Source: Fibrobacterales bacterium (GTDB lineage: Bacteria; Fibrobacterota; Fibrobacteria; Fibrobacterales; JAOPTW01). From it: 64,000 nucleotides of DNA. Location: NCBI GenBank assembly GCA_051532055.1, contig JAOPTX010000004.1, positions 141,378 to 205,377 of the forward strand, in the 5' to 3' direction. The translations under genes and the position numbers were made by a program. Shown here one piece after another: positions 39,077 through 49,655 of this stretch. The notes beneath the pieces are model-generated. The model did no database searches and was not told the DNA's origin. It saw only the letters and a list, made by a program, of their open reading frames with translations. How positions within the stretch are numbered: position 1 is the stretch's first letter; every line of letters begins with the position of its first letter.

Positions 39077-41770
39077 GTGGCAGTTACGAAAGCAAAGAAA
39101 AAAGCAGTGAAGAAACCTGCAACAAAATCGGCGCGTAAAACAAGTGTTGATGAAGAAGAGAGCGACTTGAATTCAACGGGCCGTGAGATAGGAGGGTGGT
39201 TTTTTATTGCCCTTGCTACACTCTTTCTTATATCACTACTTTCTGAGTTTGCCTCTGCTGGTAGTGCTAATCTTATGGGAGCCTATCTTGGAGAATGGCT
39301 CGCAACAACACTTATTCGAATTGCTGGGAAACTTCCCTCATTACTCTTCATTGTTATGCTCTTTTCACTCGGTATTCATGTGTTACAGCTTTCAGTGATT
39401 AAAGTGTCGAGTCGATTTACCGGGTTTATGTTACTCCTTTTTATAGAGATATCTATTCTGTTGAGTTTAAAAAATCTTGAAGTCGCGCAGTTTGCTTTGG
39501 AAGATTTTGAAAATACTGGTGGGGTTGTGGGCAATTTTTTGGTTGACTTCCTCTACGCGTCCCTTTTTGGAGAGTCTACCTTTCTTGCCTACGCATTTAC
39601 TCTCACTGCCCTGTTCTTTAGTGTGATTTGGGCCACTGAATTTAGACCATCTACCATTATCGATAAGGTATTAATTACCGTATCTGATTATCGTGAAGAG
39701 GCTCGCCTCAGAAAGGTAGCCAAACGTCAAGAGCTTGAGAATCGAGTGAAAGAGTATGAAGCAGCCGAAATAGAGGTGGTAAAGAAGGCTAAGAAGAAAA
39801 AGAAAAGTGAACCGAAAGTTGCTGATACAACACAGGAAACACCATTTTTTGAGCCTATTGAAGATGATGCTGATATTAGTAATGACTATGTGAATGAACT
39901 CAAAGAGATGGCAAAAGATCCAACCCTTGACCCCCGTGAGAAAAGACGAGTACGAGATGAACTTGCACGGGTACAACGGATGTCAGAGCTGAATGATTGG
40001 GAAGACCGCGATACACAAAAGGTGAAAATTGGTGGACTCATCGGAAAGCAGGGGGCAAAAGGCTCCAAGGCCGAAGAGGGTGCAGAGTCGACTAAAAAAT
40101 TGACTAAAAAAGAGAGTAAGGCGCTACAGAATAAAAAAAGCGATTCTGAATCTATTGCGGGTGATCTTAAGCAAGAGGCAGAAAATAACAGTGGCACTGA
40201 AATATCAGAGGATGAGAAAGAGACTAAAGCGATCTCGGTGATTAAACAACGAGAGATAACCGCGGCTAAAAAGAGAGAAGTGAAGTACGACACGTATGTG
40301 ATACCTGAAGTAACCACTCTTCTCCCATCACCCCCTTTTCAGGAAGTGAGTTATACTGAAGCTGAATTGATGGATTTGAGTAAACATCTCGAAGTACAGC
40401 TCGCTAATTTTAGGGTAAAGGGGAAGGTGACAGGGATATGTACCGGTCCGATTATTACACGTTTTGAAATTGACCTTGCTCCTGGAGTAAAGGTTTCAAA
40501 AATTTCTGGGTTATCCGATGATCTTGCTCTGGCACTTAGGGCAAAGTCGGTAAGAATTCTTGCGCCCATACCAGGCAAAGCTGCAGTGGGAATTGAAATT
40601 CCCAACTTAAAGCCTCATATTGTTTTTGGACGCGATGTATTTGAGTCAGATGCTTTTCAGACAGGTCCCGATAATATAATGCTTGCTCTTGGTAAAGATA
40701 TTGCAGGGGATGCCTTTACACTCGACCTTGCAGCTGCCCCTCATTTATTGATTGCGGGTCAAACAGGGTCGGGTAAGTCAGTTTGTATTAATACTATTAT
40801 GGCTTCAATTATTGCAACAAAAACCCCTGATGAACTAAGAATGATTCTTGTGGATCCTAAAGTGGTTGAACTAAAGCCGTATGAAAAAATTCCTCATCTA
40901 CTCCATCCGGTAATTACCAGTCCCGATATTGCAATTCAAGCACTTAAGTGGGCATGTATCGAAATGGATAGACGCTATGAGGTTTTAGCGAAGGGTGGTG
41001 TGAGAAACCTCTTTGGCTTTAACCAAAAATTCAAAGATGGAGCCCTTGAAGGGCGCGTTGATACAGAAGATAATATGCTCATGCCTTACTTGGTTATTGT
41101 TATTGATGAGCTTGCCGACCTTATGATGGTGGCCGGTAAAGAGGTTGAAACATCTATTGCTCGTATTGCCCAAAAGGCTCGGGCAGTGGGTATTCATTTA
41201 ATACTTGCGACTCAGCGTCCATCGGTGCAAGTAATTACCGGTACAATTAAGGCAAATCTCCCCTCACGTATTTCATTTAAAGTGGCATCTCAGATTGATG
41301 CACGAACTGTACTTGATAAAATGGGAGCTGAGAAGTTACTTGGTCGTGGTGATATGCTTGTACGGACGGTGAGAGATCCTGAAGCGGTCCGGGCTCATGG
41401 TGCATTTCTTTCGGATCAAGATATTGAAGCGATTGTAGAGCAGTCGGCAAATCAGTTTGTGAACTATCCGCAACTCGAAGCTTTTGATACTGGAGAAGGT
41501 GATGGGGCTACCGAAGCAGATTTTGGACCACGGGACTCTAAATTCAATGAAGCAGCTGAGTTGGTAGTACATGCAGGGTCGGCCTCAACCTCAATGCTTC
41601 AACGTAGACTTGGAGTGGGGTATGCTCGTGCAGGTAAAATTATAGACCAGATGGAGGGCAATGGGATTATCGGCCCTCCTAAAGGTTCTAAGCCCCGTGA
41701 AGTATTACTTAATGACACAGAGCTTATGAGTTTTTTATCGGGTGATGTTGATCAAATAATATTGGATTAA
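39077..41770 (+). CDS. ftsK: DNA translocase FtsK
   Basis: N-terminal TM domain, PHLLIAGQTGSGKS, IDELADLMM, LATQRPS and gamma domain S.SMLQRRL.VGYARAG. Confidence 0.96.
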   Translation: MAVTKAKKKAVKKPATKSARKTSVDEEESDLNSTGREIGGWFFIALATLFLISLLSEFASAGSANLMGAYLGEWLATTLIRIAGKLPSLLFIVMLFSLGIHVLQLSVIKVSSRFTGFMLLLFIEISILLSLKNLEVAQFALEDFENTGGVVGNFLVDFLYASLFGESTFLAYAFTLTALFFSVIWATEFRPSTIIDKVLITVSDYREEARLRKVAKRQELENRVKEYEAAEIEVVKKAKKKKKSEPKVADTTQETPFFEPIEDDADISNDYVNELKEMAKDPTLDPREKRRVRDELARVQRMSELNDWEDRDTQKVKIGGLIGKQGAKGSKAEEGAESTKKLTKKESKALQNKKSDSESIAGDLKQEAENNSGTEISEDEKETKAISVIKQREITAAKKREVKYDTYVIPEVTTLLPSPPFQEVSYTEAELMDLSKHLEVQLANFRVKGKVTGICTGPIITRFEIDLAPGVKVSKISGLSDDLALALRAKSVRILAPIPGKAAVGIEIPNLKPHIVFGRDVFESDAFQTGPDNIMLALGKDIAGDAFTLDLAAAPHLLIAGQTGSGKSVCINTIMASIIATKTPDELRMILVDPKVVELKPYEKIPHLLHPVITSPDIAIQALKWACIEMDRRYEVLAKGGVRNLFGFNQKFKDGALEGRVDTEDNMLMPYLVIVIDELADLMMVAGKEVETSIARIAQKARAVGIHLILATQRPSVQVITGTIKANLPSRISFKVASQIDARTVLDKMGAEKLLGRGDMLVRTVRDPEAVRAHGAFLSDQDIEAIVEQSANQFVNYPQLEAFDTGEGDGATEADFGPRDSKFNEAAELVVHAGSASTSMLQRRLGVGYARAGKIIDQMEGNGIIGPPKGSKPREVLLNDTELMSFLSGDVDQIILD

Positions 41771-41778
41771 GGTTTTCC

Positions 41779-42990
41779 TTAGTCTAAGCGTTTTTCTAAA
41801 ACAGCTCTATTCTTTATTATTGTTTCACGGTGATCATTGCTCGGGAATGTTTCTATGCATTGATTCAGGTGGCTTAGTGCGCGCTCAAGTAGTTTTCGTT
41901 CAGTTGATGTACCTCGGTGACTAAATGACTCTTTGAGGGCTTGTGAGGCTAATACGCGTCTCTCCTTGCAGTAGCTGTTGCCGATTTCTTTCATCAGTTG
42001 CTGTACTTCAGCCCGGTGTTTAGTGTGTTCAATGGATTGAAGGAGCTCAAGTGCCATGAGGTACTGTCCTTGGTTAATGCTCGATTTTGCTTCTGCCAAT
42101 AGGGCGTCGCTATTTTTAACTGAGGCGGTAGTATTAAACTCCTGCTCTTTTTGATCAATAGCAATTGCTAATTTACTGTAGAGGTACTCTTTCTCAATAT
42201 GGCGATACTTTTTATTGAGTTCACCAAGTCTTGTGCGCGCCAAGGCAAAGTCACCTTTCATATTCATTGCTTTTTTTAATTGTTCGAGAATCACTTGGGC
42301 ATTTTGGAGGTCTCGGGTTATAACTTTTTTAAGGAGGGTATCAATTTGTTGGGCGATATCTGAAGTGGGTGGGGTCCCTCCCATTGCATCGACCATATAT
42401 GTGATTTCATGATAGTCGGCTTTCATGAATATCTTACGATTGATTTTTTGAATTAACTTTTTCCATTTGGTTATTACTTCTGAAGAGTCCATAATCTGGA
42501 TTTCAGTCTGGTTTTTCGCAATGTCACTCATAATGCGATAGTGCTCCTGGTCTGCTGTAAGCTCATCTGAAAATAATTTCCCCTCATTTATATGTTGGTC
42601 GCTTTTTTGAAGCAGTGCATTGAGCGTTGCTTTTTGTTGGAGTAATCGTTTGTCTTGATCACGGCTGGGGAGGAGCTTAAAAAGATCTAAGGTTTGAGTA
42701 TACTTACCTGCGCGCATAGATTGGGCAATGCAATCGCTCAGTTGATCGAAATTAAATGCAGGTACCTGTTCACTGTCACAGTGAGGCTTCTCTTCATTCC
42801 AATCCGTAAGTGGAGTAAACTCAATAGCGGTGTCGTGGGTGGTTTCTGAGGTGTCAACAATAAAAAGTGTGTCGGTAATAATGCGTTTGGTCGGGTCGGG
42901 TCGACGCGTTTCATTTTTGACGGAGGTAGTGCTACATCCAAGGACAATGAGTGATAGACAACAATGAGCTATAAGAGATACCGGTTTCAT
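41779..42990 (-). CDS. Alpha-helical (TPR-like) lipoprotein
   Basis: Lipobox VLGC, Thr/Pro-rich linker and helical repeats (LLAEAKS.I..GQY..ALELL). Starts 2 nt after the PBP1A stop. Confidence 0.7.
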   Translation of the reverse strand: MKPVSLIAHCCLSLIVLGCSTTSVKNETRRPDPTKRIITDTLFIVDTSETTHDTAIEFTPLTDWNEEKPHCDSEQVPAFNFDQLSDCIAQSMRAGKYTQTLDLFKLLPSRDQDKRLLQQKATLNALLQKSDQHINEGKLFSDELTADQEHYRIMSDIAKNQTEIQIMDSSEVITKWKKLIQKINRKIFMKADYHEITYMVDAMGGTPPTSDIAQQIDTLLKKVITRDLQNAQVILEQLKKAMNMKGDFALARTRLGELNKKYRHIEKEYLYSKLAIAIDQKEQEFNTTASVKNSDALLAEAKSSINQGQYLMALELLQSIEHTKHRAEVQQLMKEIGNSYCKERRVLASQALKESFSHRGTSTERKLLERALSHLNQCIETFPSNDHRETIIKNRAVLEKRLD

Positions 42991-42992
42991 TA

Positions 42993-45900
42993 CTAATCCT
43001 TGATGGTGTAAATGTAGGGGAGTGTGTTTGAGCCTTTGTCTGTAGTATTAAATATCCCTGTCAGTGGGTCAACGGCTTTCTGGATTCCCCAGAGAGAATT
43101 TATGGGAGTTATTTTGTTAGAGATAAGAAGTTCAAAGTCGAGAAAATCAACATTTTTATGAACCGAGTCTGCAGTAATAATGACGTTAGCCATGTCGGCC
43201 CATTGAGGGAGGGGCCCTGAGGCTCCAGAAACTTTTAAGGCTCTCGATATCATAGGTTTATTATTGTCGAAGCCCACATAGCTCCCTAATGTGTAGCCGG
43301 CATAAGGTGTAAAACCATCTGCCGAATCATCCCAGCCAGCAAGCCCACCAAGGAAGGCGGCGTTTCGGAAGCTGTTGGTAGTGCCAGTTTTACCATAGAG
43401 GGGGTATTGAAATTTTTCATCGGACTCAGGGTTTTTTAATGAGACCGTTCTGTTTGCAAAGCGTCCTGTGCCGTTCTCAATAACTGACCTGAGCATGATT
43501 GTCATTTGAGAAACAAGAGTGTCGTTGAGTACGTGTCGTTCTTGTATGTCATTTTCAAAAATAATTTCACCAGCATTATTATATATCTTTTCAATAAGTA
43601 CTCCTTCACCCCATTCATTGAGAAGGCCCTTGTATTGTTTTCCCGAAAGGATTGTTTCATAGGCGTGTGTTATTTCTGAAAGATGAATGTCATTTGCGCC
43701 CAAGGGGAGAGAGAGAACTTTTTCGAGGGATTGGGTGATGCCTACTCGTTTGCAAAAATCTATGTAGACCTCCATTGAAAGACTCGTGTTGAAGTCAGGG
43801 AAGTACCGCAAGTTTTCAGGTTGAATCATCTCATTTTTCTTCAATGGAGAACCAATGAGGCGTACGAGTGAGTCGAGATAGGTTTTTTGGATGCCACCAT
43901 TGATATAAAGTGAATCGAGGGTAGGATATATTGTTTCTTTAGGAAGGGCCTTCCAAGGGGCGTCTGGCTTTCGTAAAAAACTTCCATAGCGATTGAGTGA
44001 GTCATTGTAGTAAATGGGGCGCTTGTCAATACCATTCAATGCAGCGGTATGGTAAAGGAAGTTGTTCAGAAGGAATTTTTTGGTGGTGGGGTTCTTTTGT
44101 TTTGCGTATTGTTTTTTAAAGCCGTGACCGCACTGCATTTGTTTTACAAATTGAATTTGGTCCATGTCCTCAAGAAAGGCAAGCTCGGTCATAAGCTGCT
44201 CTTTGGCTTTAGCAAACCTCATTTCAAGGTTGGCTTTTTTATTGAGATGGAGGCCCAGTGAATCTCTCAGGCGTTCATAGTATGCATTGTCGGATTCATC
44301 AGAGGCAGGGGTAAAGCGAAAACGCTTAGCTTGATTCCAGAATTTGCCACTGGGCAGTTTATCTAAGAGGTGGGTCAGTAGATAAATAGAAGCAATATTT
44401 TCTGATCGAGTAGCGGCCCAAGTGAGGCTGACTTGATTGCCCCTTTTTTTGTGATCGGGATTGGGAAAATAAAAACTGGTTGAGTATTGAAACACATTAT
44501 TTTCATTTTCGAGGAGGTCCATATATCCCCAACCATTTTCTAACGCTGTAGCATAAAGAAGCGGCTTCCATGATGAACCGAATTGGCGATTTGCTCTTGA
44601 GATTCGGTCATATCCTCGATTGCGAAAACCGTTACTCACCCCTTGTATTTTACCTTGATGCAGGAGATAACTCGCTCCCTCAATAGTTGGTTCTTGTTCA
44701 ATGCTGTATTGAGCATCATCGAGACCTTGAGGTGTATTGATTGTTCTGAGGTAGAGTATGGCTCCAGATTTAATAAGAGGATTAATGAGGGTGTTGTACC
44801 GCTTAGATGAGAGAGACCACGTACGCCCATATTTATGGGATGCTTGTTTGAGGGCCCATTTTTTGAGCTCCTTCTTCTCAATGGTTCCTTGTACCTGCCC
44901 CATTGATATGTGTACTTTAGTGATAGAACCTTTTGTAGACCTTTCTATTTGTTCCACCTTTCCGTAGCCAAATTCACCTGGTGTAGTGTATGAATATTTT
45001 GAAGGCTTTTCTCGTGAAGGTTTTTTATATCCATTGATGAGGGTTTCAAGACGTGATAAGTTTTTCTTATTACTATGGACGAGGCCGTCTTGAAGGTCTT
45101 TCCGAAGTGTGGTAATAATGGTTAATTGAGACTCTTCCCAGGGAACGAGCCCTTCATCAATAAGTATTTTTTGCATCTCTTCGGATTGAAGCTGTTGATA
45201 GACCCAGCTCATAGGGGTAGAGAGGGCGCTTTTGAAGTTGCCTTTATCGAAGGCGAGGGTGTCATTTACCGCTTGTAGTCGTTCGGTCTCAGAGATGTAC
45301 CCTTCAGTGCTCATTCGGTTGAGGATATAGTTAGTACGATGTACCCCTCGTGTAAGGGCGGTGTTTTTGCGCTCTTGGGTGCGTTTAATAAAAGGGTCGT
45401 AGTTAGAGGGGCCTTTTACTGATCCAGCAATAAAGGCGCATTCCCGAAGGGTGAGTTGATCGAGCGTTTTATTGAAGAAGTATTTAGCGGCAATGGCTAC
45501 ACCGCGTCCAGTGCCAGATACATAAAACTGATTGAGATAAAATTCTAAAATTTGCTCTTTAGTGAAATAGTATTCAAGGCGCTTCGCATAGATGAGCTCT
45601 TTCACTTTTCGAGTAAGAGTTCGGTCGTACAGAGAGAAGAGATTTTTCGCTGCCTGTTGAGTGAGGGTAGAGCCCCCCTGTTTTTTTCCCGTAGTTATGG
45701 TTTTAAAGAGTGCGCGACCAAAACCTTTGGGATCAAAGCCTTCATGTGAAAAGTAATTTTGGTCTTCACCGGCAATAAGTCCCTGAACAATATGCTGAGG
45801 AATAGTCGCGTAGTCTGCATAGCGTCGATGTTCTTTACTGAAAAATGCCCCCAGCTGATTATCTTCATCCTCATAGAGTACTACGGTTTCGCTTTTGAGG

Positions 45901-46034
45901 GTATTGAGGATGGCATCTTTAGTCATCTCGTTATGAGGATCTTGTGATGGCAGATAGATGAAAATCGCGCCATAGGCAAGAAGCCCAGTGAAAACGCCAA
46001 TAATTATAGACCAGATAATCAGTTTTTTTAACAT
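42993..46034 (-). CDS. Class A penicillin-binding protein (PBP1A-like, GT51 plus transpeptidase)
   Basis: EDQNYFSHEG.D, GGSTLTQQ, RKVKE, KEQILEFYLN; transpeptidase motifs GSSWKP, SEN and KTGT. Confidence 0.92.
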   Translation of the reverse strand: MLKKLIIWSIIIGVFTGLLAYGAIFIYLPSQDPHNEMTKDAILNTLKSETVVLYEDEDNQLGAFFSKEHRRYADYATIPQHIVQGLIAGEDQNYFSHEGFDPKGFGRALFKTITTGKKQGGSTLTQQAAKNLFSLYDRTLTRKVKELIYAKRLEYYFTKEQILEFYLNQFYVSGTGRGVAIAAKYFFNKTLDQLTLRECAFIAGSVKGPSNYDPFIKRTQERKNTALTRGVHRTNYILNRMSTEGYISETERLQAVNDTLAFDKGNFKSALSTPMSWVYQQLQSEEMQKILIDEGLVPWEESQLTIITTLRKDLQDGLVHSNKKNLSRLETLINGYKKPSREKPSKYSYTTPGEFGYGKVEQIERSTKGSITKVHISMGQVQGTIEKKELKKWALKQASHKYGRTWSLSSKRYNTLINPLIKSGAILYLRTINTPQGLDDAQYSIEQEPTIEGASYLLHQGKIQGVSNGFRNRGYDRISRANRQFGSSWKPLLYATALENGWGYMDLLENENNVFQYSTSFYFPNPDHKKRGNQVSLTWAATRSENIASIYLLTHLLDKLPSGKFWNQAKRFRFTPASDESDNAYYERLRDSLGLHLNKKANLEMRFAKAKEQLMTELAFLEDMDQIQFVKQMQCGHGFKKQYAKQKNPTTKKFLLNNFLYHTAALNGIDKRPIYYNDSLNRYGSFLRKPDAPWKALPKETIYPTLDSLYINGGIQKTYLDSLVRLIGSPLKKNEMIQPENLRYFPDFNTSLSMEVYIDFCKRVGITQSLEKVLSLPLGANDIHLSEITHAYETILSGKQYKGLLNEWGEGVLIEKIYNNAGEIIFENDIQERHVLNDTLVSQMTIMLRSVIENGTGRFANRTVSLKNPESDEKFQYPLYGKTGTTNSFRNAAFLGGLAGWDDSADGFTPYAGYTLGSYVGFDNNKPMISRALKVSGASGPLPQWADMANVIITADSVHKNVDFLDFELLISNKITPINSLWGIQKAVDPLTGIFNTTDKGSNTLPYIYTIKD

Positions 46035-46094
46035 AGCAACCAGGAATGATGGATTGCTAAAAGATACAAAAAAAGAGTATTGAGCGTGTTCTCG

Positions 46095-47090
46095 CTACTC
46101 AAATATTCGACCTTCTCGGTACCGGTCAATTATAGCTTCACTCTGTTGTCTGAGGCGCTCAAGGTAGGTTGTTTCAGCTTGTTCATTGTCGACTTCGGAT
46201 ACTTCTTCACGACTCTCTTCTTGCTGAATAACTTTATTTTCTACTACTTGCTCCTCTTCAGGAGTGTCGCGGTTGGTAGGAGGGGCAAAACGCTCTTCTC
46301 GCTCTTGTCGCTGTCGCCGTACTCCGGTTTCATCACCTGCAGCTTGCTGAATCAGAGTGTTATCATTTTCATTTCGTTCAGTGTTCTCGATTCGAGCAGA
46401 TAGGTTGGTAGCGTTTTCAGGAACTTGTGAGTCGGGAGCTCCACCTGTTTCAGGAGTTCCTCCAGCGAGGGTCGTTTCATCAGTGCCACTTTTATACGTA
46501 TCCTGAGCATTGGCAAAGTTGAGTTGATTAAAAGGGGTACCCTCTGGGTTTGCATTGGACTCTAATCGAGAGTTGAGTTGATAGGATTCAGCTATACGAG
46601 AAGCCTGGTTTCGGCGGCTTTCTAACACTGATTGTTGATAGGTAATTTCATCTTGTTGCCCTGGGGCGTTAAAGGCGCTCTCATTTTGAAGATCAATATC
46701 ACGTTGAGTTGCACTTTGATTCTCGGCTTGTAGGCTATTGACTCTATCAATATACTCTTGAGCTGAATCAGCTTGATTGATAAATGATTGATTTCGTTCA
46801 CCAGAGAGCTCGCTATTGCGGCTGATCTTTTGAACCACTTCGTAACTTTCCTCTTTACCTACTGAATTTTGAACTGCGAGTTCCTGTGCCCGGAGACTAA
46901 TGGTCACATTGAAGTCTGGTTGAGAGCTTTTTGCTTGCTCAGCCTCTTCAGAGTAGCCTTTCTCCTCAACTTCACCTTTATGCTCAACTTTTTTAGCAAG
47001 TTGGGTGCGCTCGACATCTATGTCGAATTTAAATTCTTGACGATTTATTGCAGCGTCTAATCCTTGACTATTGATATTTTCATCAGCCAT
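46095..47090 (-). CDS. Acidic, Glu/Gln/Asn-rich hypothetical protein, likely largely disordered
   Basis: 331 aa ORF with ATG start, few hydrophobic residues, no TM or Sec signal, and a sigma28-like promoter upstream. Confidence 0.8.
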   Translation of the reverse strand: MADENINSQGLDAAINRQEFKFDIDVERTQLAKKVEHKGEVEEKGYSEEAEQAKSSQPDFNVTISLRAQELAVQNSVGKEESYEVVQKISRNSELSGERNQSFINQADSAQEYIDRVNSLQAENQSATQRDIDLQNESAFNAPGQQDEITYQQSVLESRRNQASRIAESYQLNSRLESNANPEGTPFNQLNFANAQDTYKSGTDETTLAGGTPETGGAPDSQVPENATNLSARIENTERNENDNTLIQQAAGDETGVRRQRQEREERFAPPTNRDTPEEEQVVENKVIQQEESREEVSEVDNEQAETTYLERLRQQSEAIIDRYREGRIFE

Positions 47091-47196
47091 AACGATACCT
47101 ACTCTTCCGATCTACGCTCAAGTATTAATGTCTATGTTCCGTCTTCCCTACGATTACAATAGACTCTCGGGCGCAAATAGTGTCTTCCCATTATTA

Positions 47197-47223
47197 TTAT
47201 CGGTAAATTAATGGAAAACTTGA
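47197..47223 (-). promoter_or_regulatory. Sigma28 (FliA)-like promoter
   Basis: The minus strand reads TCAA-N15-ACCGATAA against the consensus TAAA-N15-GCCGATAA, about 105 nt upstream of ATG 47090. Confidence 0.7.
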
Positions 47224-47585
47224 GGTAAAACTTACTTTCGGGTTAAGAAATGTGTTAATTGTTGAGCTTTTTGTTTAATTGGCGTGTTTTTACCTATGCT
47301 GAATTACAGCAATTGTTAACGAATGGCAATGGCGGTATTAAAAATCGAAGATGTGGCTTCAGAAGCAATTGTCTTAGGGTTATTAAAGTTATTTTGTCAA
47401 ACTCAGTGCTTATTTTAAAGAGATAACACTAAAAAAGACTATAAGTGATTGTTTTGTGTGTCAGCAAATGTCAACAAATATTGAGGGAAGAGCGTGAGGC
47501 TTGAGTTTATTATTTGCAATGGGGAGTATTTTTTAAGGAAGGGATAATACAGACACGACACTGGGACACAACGAGGGATATGAGA

Positions 47586-49655
47586 ATGATACATAACATA
47601 CATAGAGTGGTATTGATTGGATTAACGGGAGTTCTTTTTCACTGTTCAGAACAGCCTGATGGAGTGGCTTTTGAGGATGGTGATTCATCAGAAGTAATTG
47701 ATGAATCTTCAAGTAGTGAGAATGAAACGGAATCACCTGAAACTGTTTTTTCTTCATCAATGAGTATTGAAAATTCTTCAGCATGGAGCTCAGTTGATGA
47801 AGAGTCGAGTGATGCAGAAAGGAGCAGTCTTGTTGAATTGTCGTCAAGTGAGGTATCATCTGCTGTATCATCTATCGTGTCGTCTTCAGAAGAAATTTCA
47901 TCTTCTGAGCCTCAATCGTCTTCAGAAGAGTCATCTGATGATGGCATCGTATTTAGTAAGTCAGATAAAGAGTTCCCTGGCGGGAATCAGAGTAATCCTT
48001 TTTACCATAACCGTCCAGTACACCGGATTCCAGGTATTGTAATGACCAGTTCTGGTAGGCTGATAGCAGTAACGGAAGAACGTGAAGACTGGTCAGACCA
48101 TGCTAATAAAGAAGCGGTTATTTCCCTTTCTGATGATGGTGGAAGAACCTGGCATAGTCAGACAATCCTTGGCGATGAAGGCGTTCATCCTACCGGAAAT
48201 ATTGCACCAGTGTGGGACGCTGTTATCAATCGCCTCGTTGTTTTATATAGTAAATATGAGGGAAGTGAAGGATCGCCATCAAATCCACGTCTCTATAGAA
48301 GATATTCAGATGATGAGGGGACAACCTGGACAGATCAGGAAGATATTACCCATATTCTTAGTGGCCTTCCTTTTACTTTGATCATGCCTGGACCTGGTCA
48401 TGGCATTCAATTGAAAAAATCAAATCGTGGACGTCTTATAGTACCTCTTTGGGGGTATGTAACAGGATATAATAAAGGAACGGTGCATTGCCTCTACTCT
48501 GATGATCACGGTATCACCTGGGTAAAAGGGTTTACCACTCATAAGGATGATGGGGTGTATAATCCAAATGAATCAGAATTTGTTGAACTTGACAACGGTG
48601 ATATACTTGTTATTTCGCGGACCGGTATACAGGATGTCGAATATGGGCCTGGGATGGTACGGGCTGAATCAATCAGTAAAGACGGCGGAGAAACCGTTTC
48701 ACGTATGTGGAATTCTTCTATGTATTCTGGTCCTGTGGTAATGGGGTCTGTTTTGGATGCTGGTGATAGACTCCTCTACTCGTCGCCATTAAAAAGGGAT
48801 GGCCGAGATAATGTGGGGGTGCGTGAAAGTTATGATGGAGGGCAGACGTGGAGTTTTCCTAAACAGTTTATATCAGGTGGATCCGCCTATTCTGATTTGG
48901 TGATGATGGATGATAACACTGTAGGTATGCTTGTTGAACATAATGGCATTCTCTTTAAATCCTTCGATGTTGGTGATCTCGCGGCCAAAGTGATACCACT
49001 TGAAGATGCTTCTTCAAGTAACAGTGTTGCCCATATCTATACCCAGAAATCTGGAGGGACCGGTGAAATCGTAGCTGAGGGTAAGTTCGGTAAGGGTGGG
49101 TACCTTGATGGGGGAAGTTATCTCCATATTGCAAAAAATGAAAAAAATCTTATTACGGGGGAATTTACAATGAACTTTTGGTATAAAGCTCATTCGCTCA
49201 ATAGTGATAACCAGTCGCTCTTCTGGTTTTTTACACTGGGTCCAGCACGTGATGCTCTTTGGACGCGGATAACTAAAACGGGGGTTAAAACATTGGTGAA
49301 TGATGCTGGAGAAGGGGTGAGTGACTTGAGCTTTAGTAGTGGTGATGATTGGAGAATGTTTACCATGGTGCGCAGTGGCGATGACCTGGACGTATATATT
49401 GATACCGATTTAAAAAAGACAATCAGTGGCGCGTTCAAAGACAACTCCTTTGCTGAGCTCACCGACTTTGGGTATCTTTTTGGAGCGCGCCCTAACAACG
49501 GTGCATCAACAGGGTACAGTGAATACTTTAAAGGTGTTCTTGATGAGATTAAAATTTATAAGAAAGTGTTGAGTGAGTCAGACATTCAAGATTTGTATGA
49601 GAATACTGATATCGATGATACAGAGTTGGTTGTTGATGTAAGTTTTGATTATTAA
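47586..49655 (+). CDS. GH33 sialidase-family lipoprotein with Ser/Glu-rich linker and C-terminal LamG-like domain
   Basis: HRIPG motif, five Asp-boxes (SDDGGRTW, SDDEGTTW, SDDHGITW, SKDGGET, SYDGGQTW), NE, SAYS, and F.G.LDEIKIY.K.LS..DI..LY. Start is at 47586 or 47580, after GAGGG. Confidence 0.88.
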   Translation: MIHNIHRVVLIGLTGVLFHCSEQPDGVAFEDGDSSEVIDESSSSENETESPETVFSSSMSIENSSAWSSVDEESSDAERSSLVELSSSEVSSAVSSIVSSSEEISSSEPQSSSEESSDDGIVFSKSDKEFPGGNQSNPFYHNRPVHRIPGIVMTSSGRLIAVTEEREDWSDHANKEAVISLSDDGGRTWHSQTILGDEGVHPTGNIAPVWDAVINRLVVLYSKYEGSEGSPSNPRLYRRYSDDEGTTWTDQEDITHILSGLPFTLIMPGPGHGIQLKKSNRGRLIVPLWGYVTGYNKGTVHCLYSDDHGITWVKGFTTHKDDGVYNPNESEFVELDNGDILVISRTGIQDVEYGPGMVRAESISKDGGETVSRMWNSSMYSGPVVMGSVLDAGDRLLYSSPLKRDGRDNVGVRESYDGGQTWSFPKQFISGGSAYSDLVMMDDNTVGMLVEHNGILFKSFDVGDLAAKVIPLEDASSSNSVAHIYTQKSGGTGEIVAEGKFGKGGYLDGGSYLHIAKNEKNLITGEFTMNFWYKAHSLNSDNQSLFWFFTLGPARDALWTRITKTGVKTLVNDAGEGVSDLSFSSGDDWRMFTMVRSGDDLDVYIDTDLKKTISGAFKDNSFAELTDFGYLFGARPNNGASTGYSEYFKGVLDEIKIYKKVLSESDIQDLYENTDIDDTELVVDVSFDY

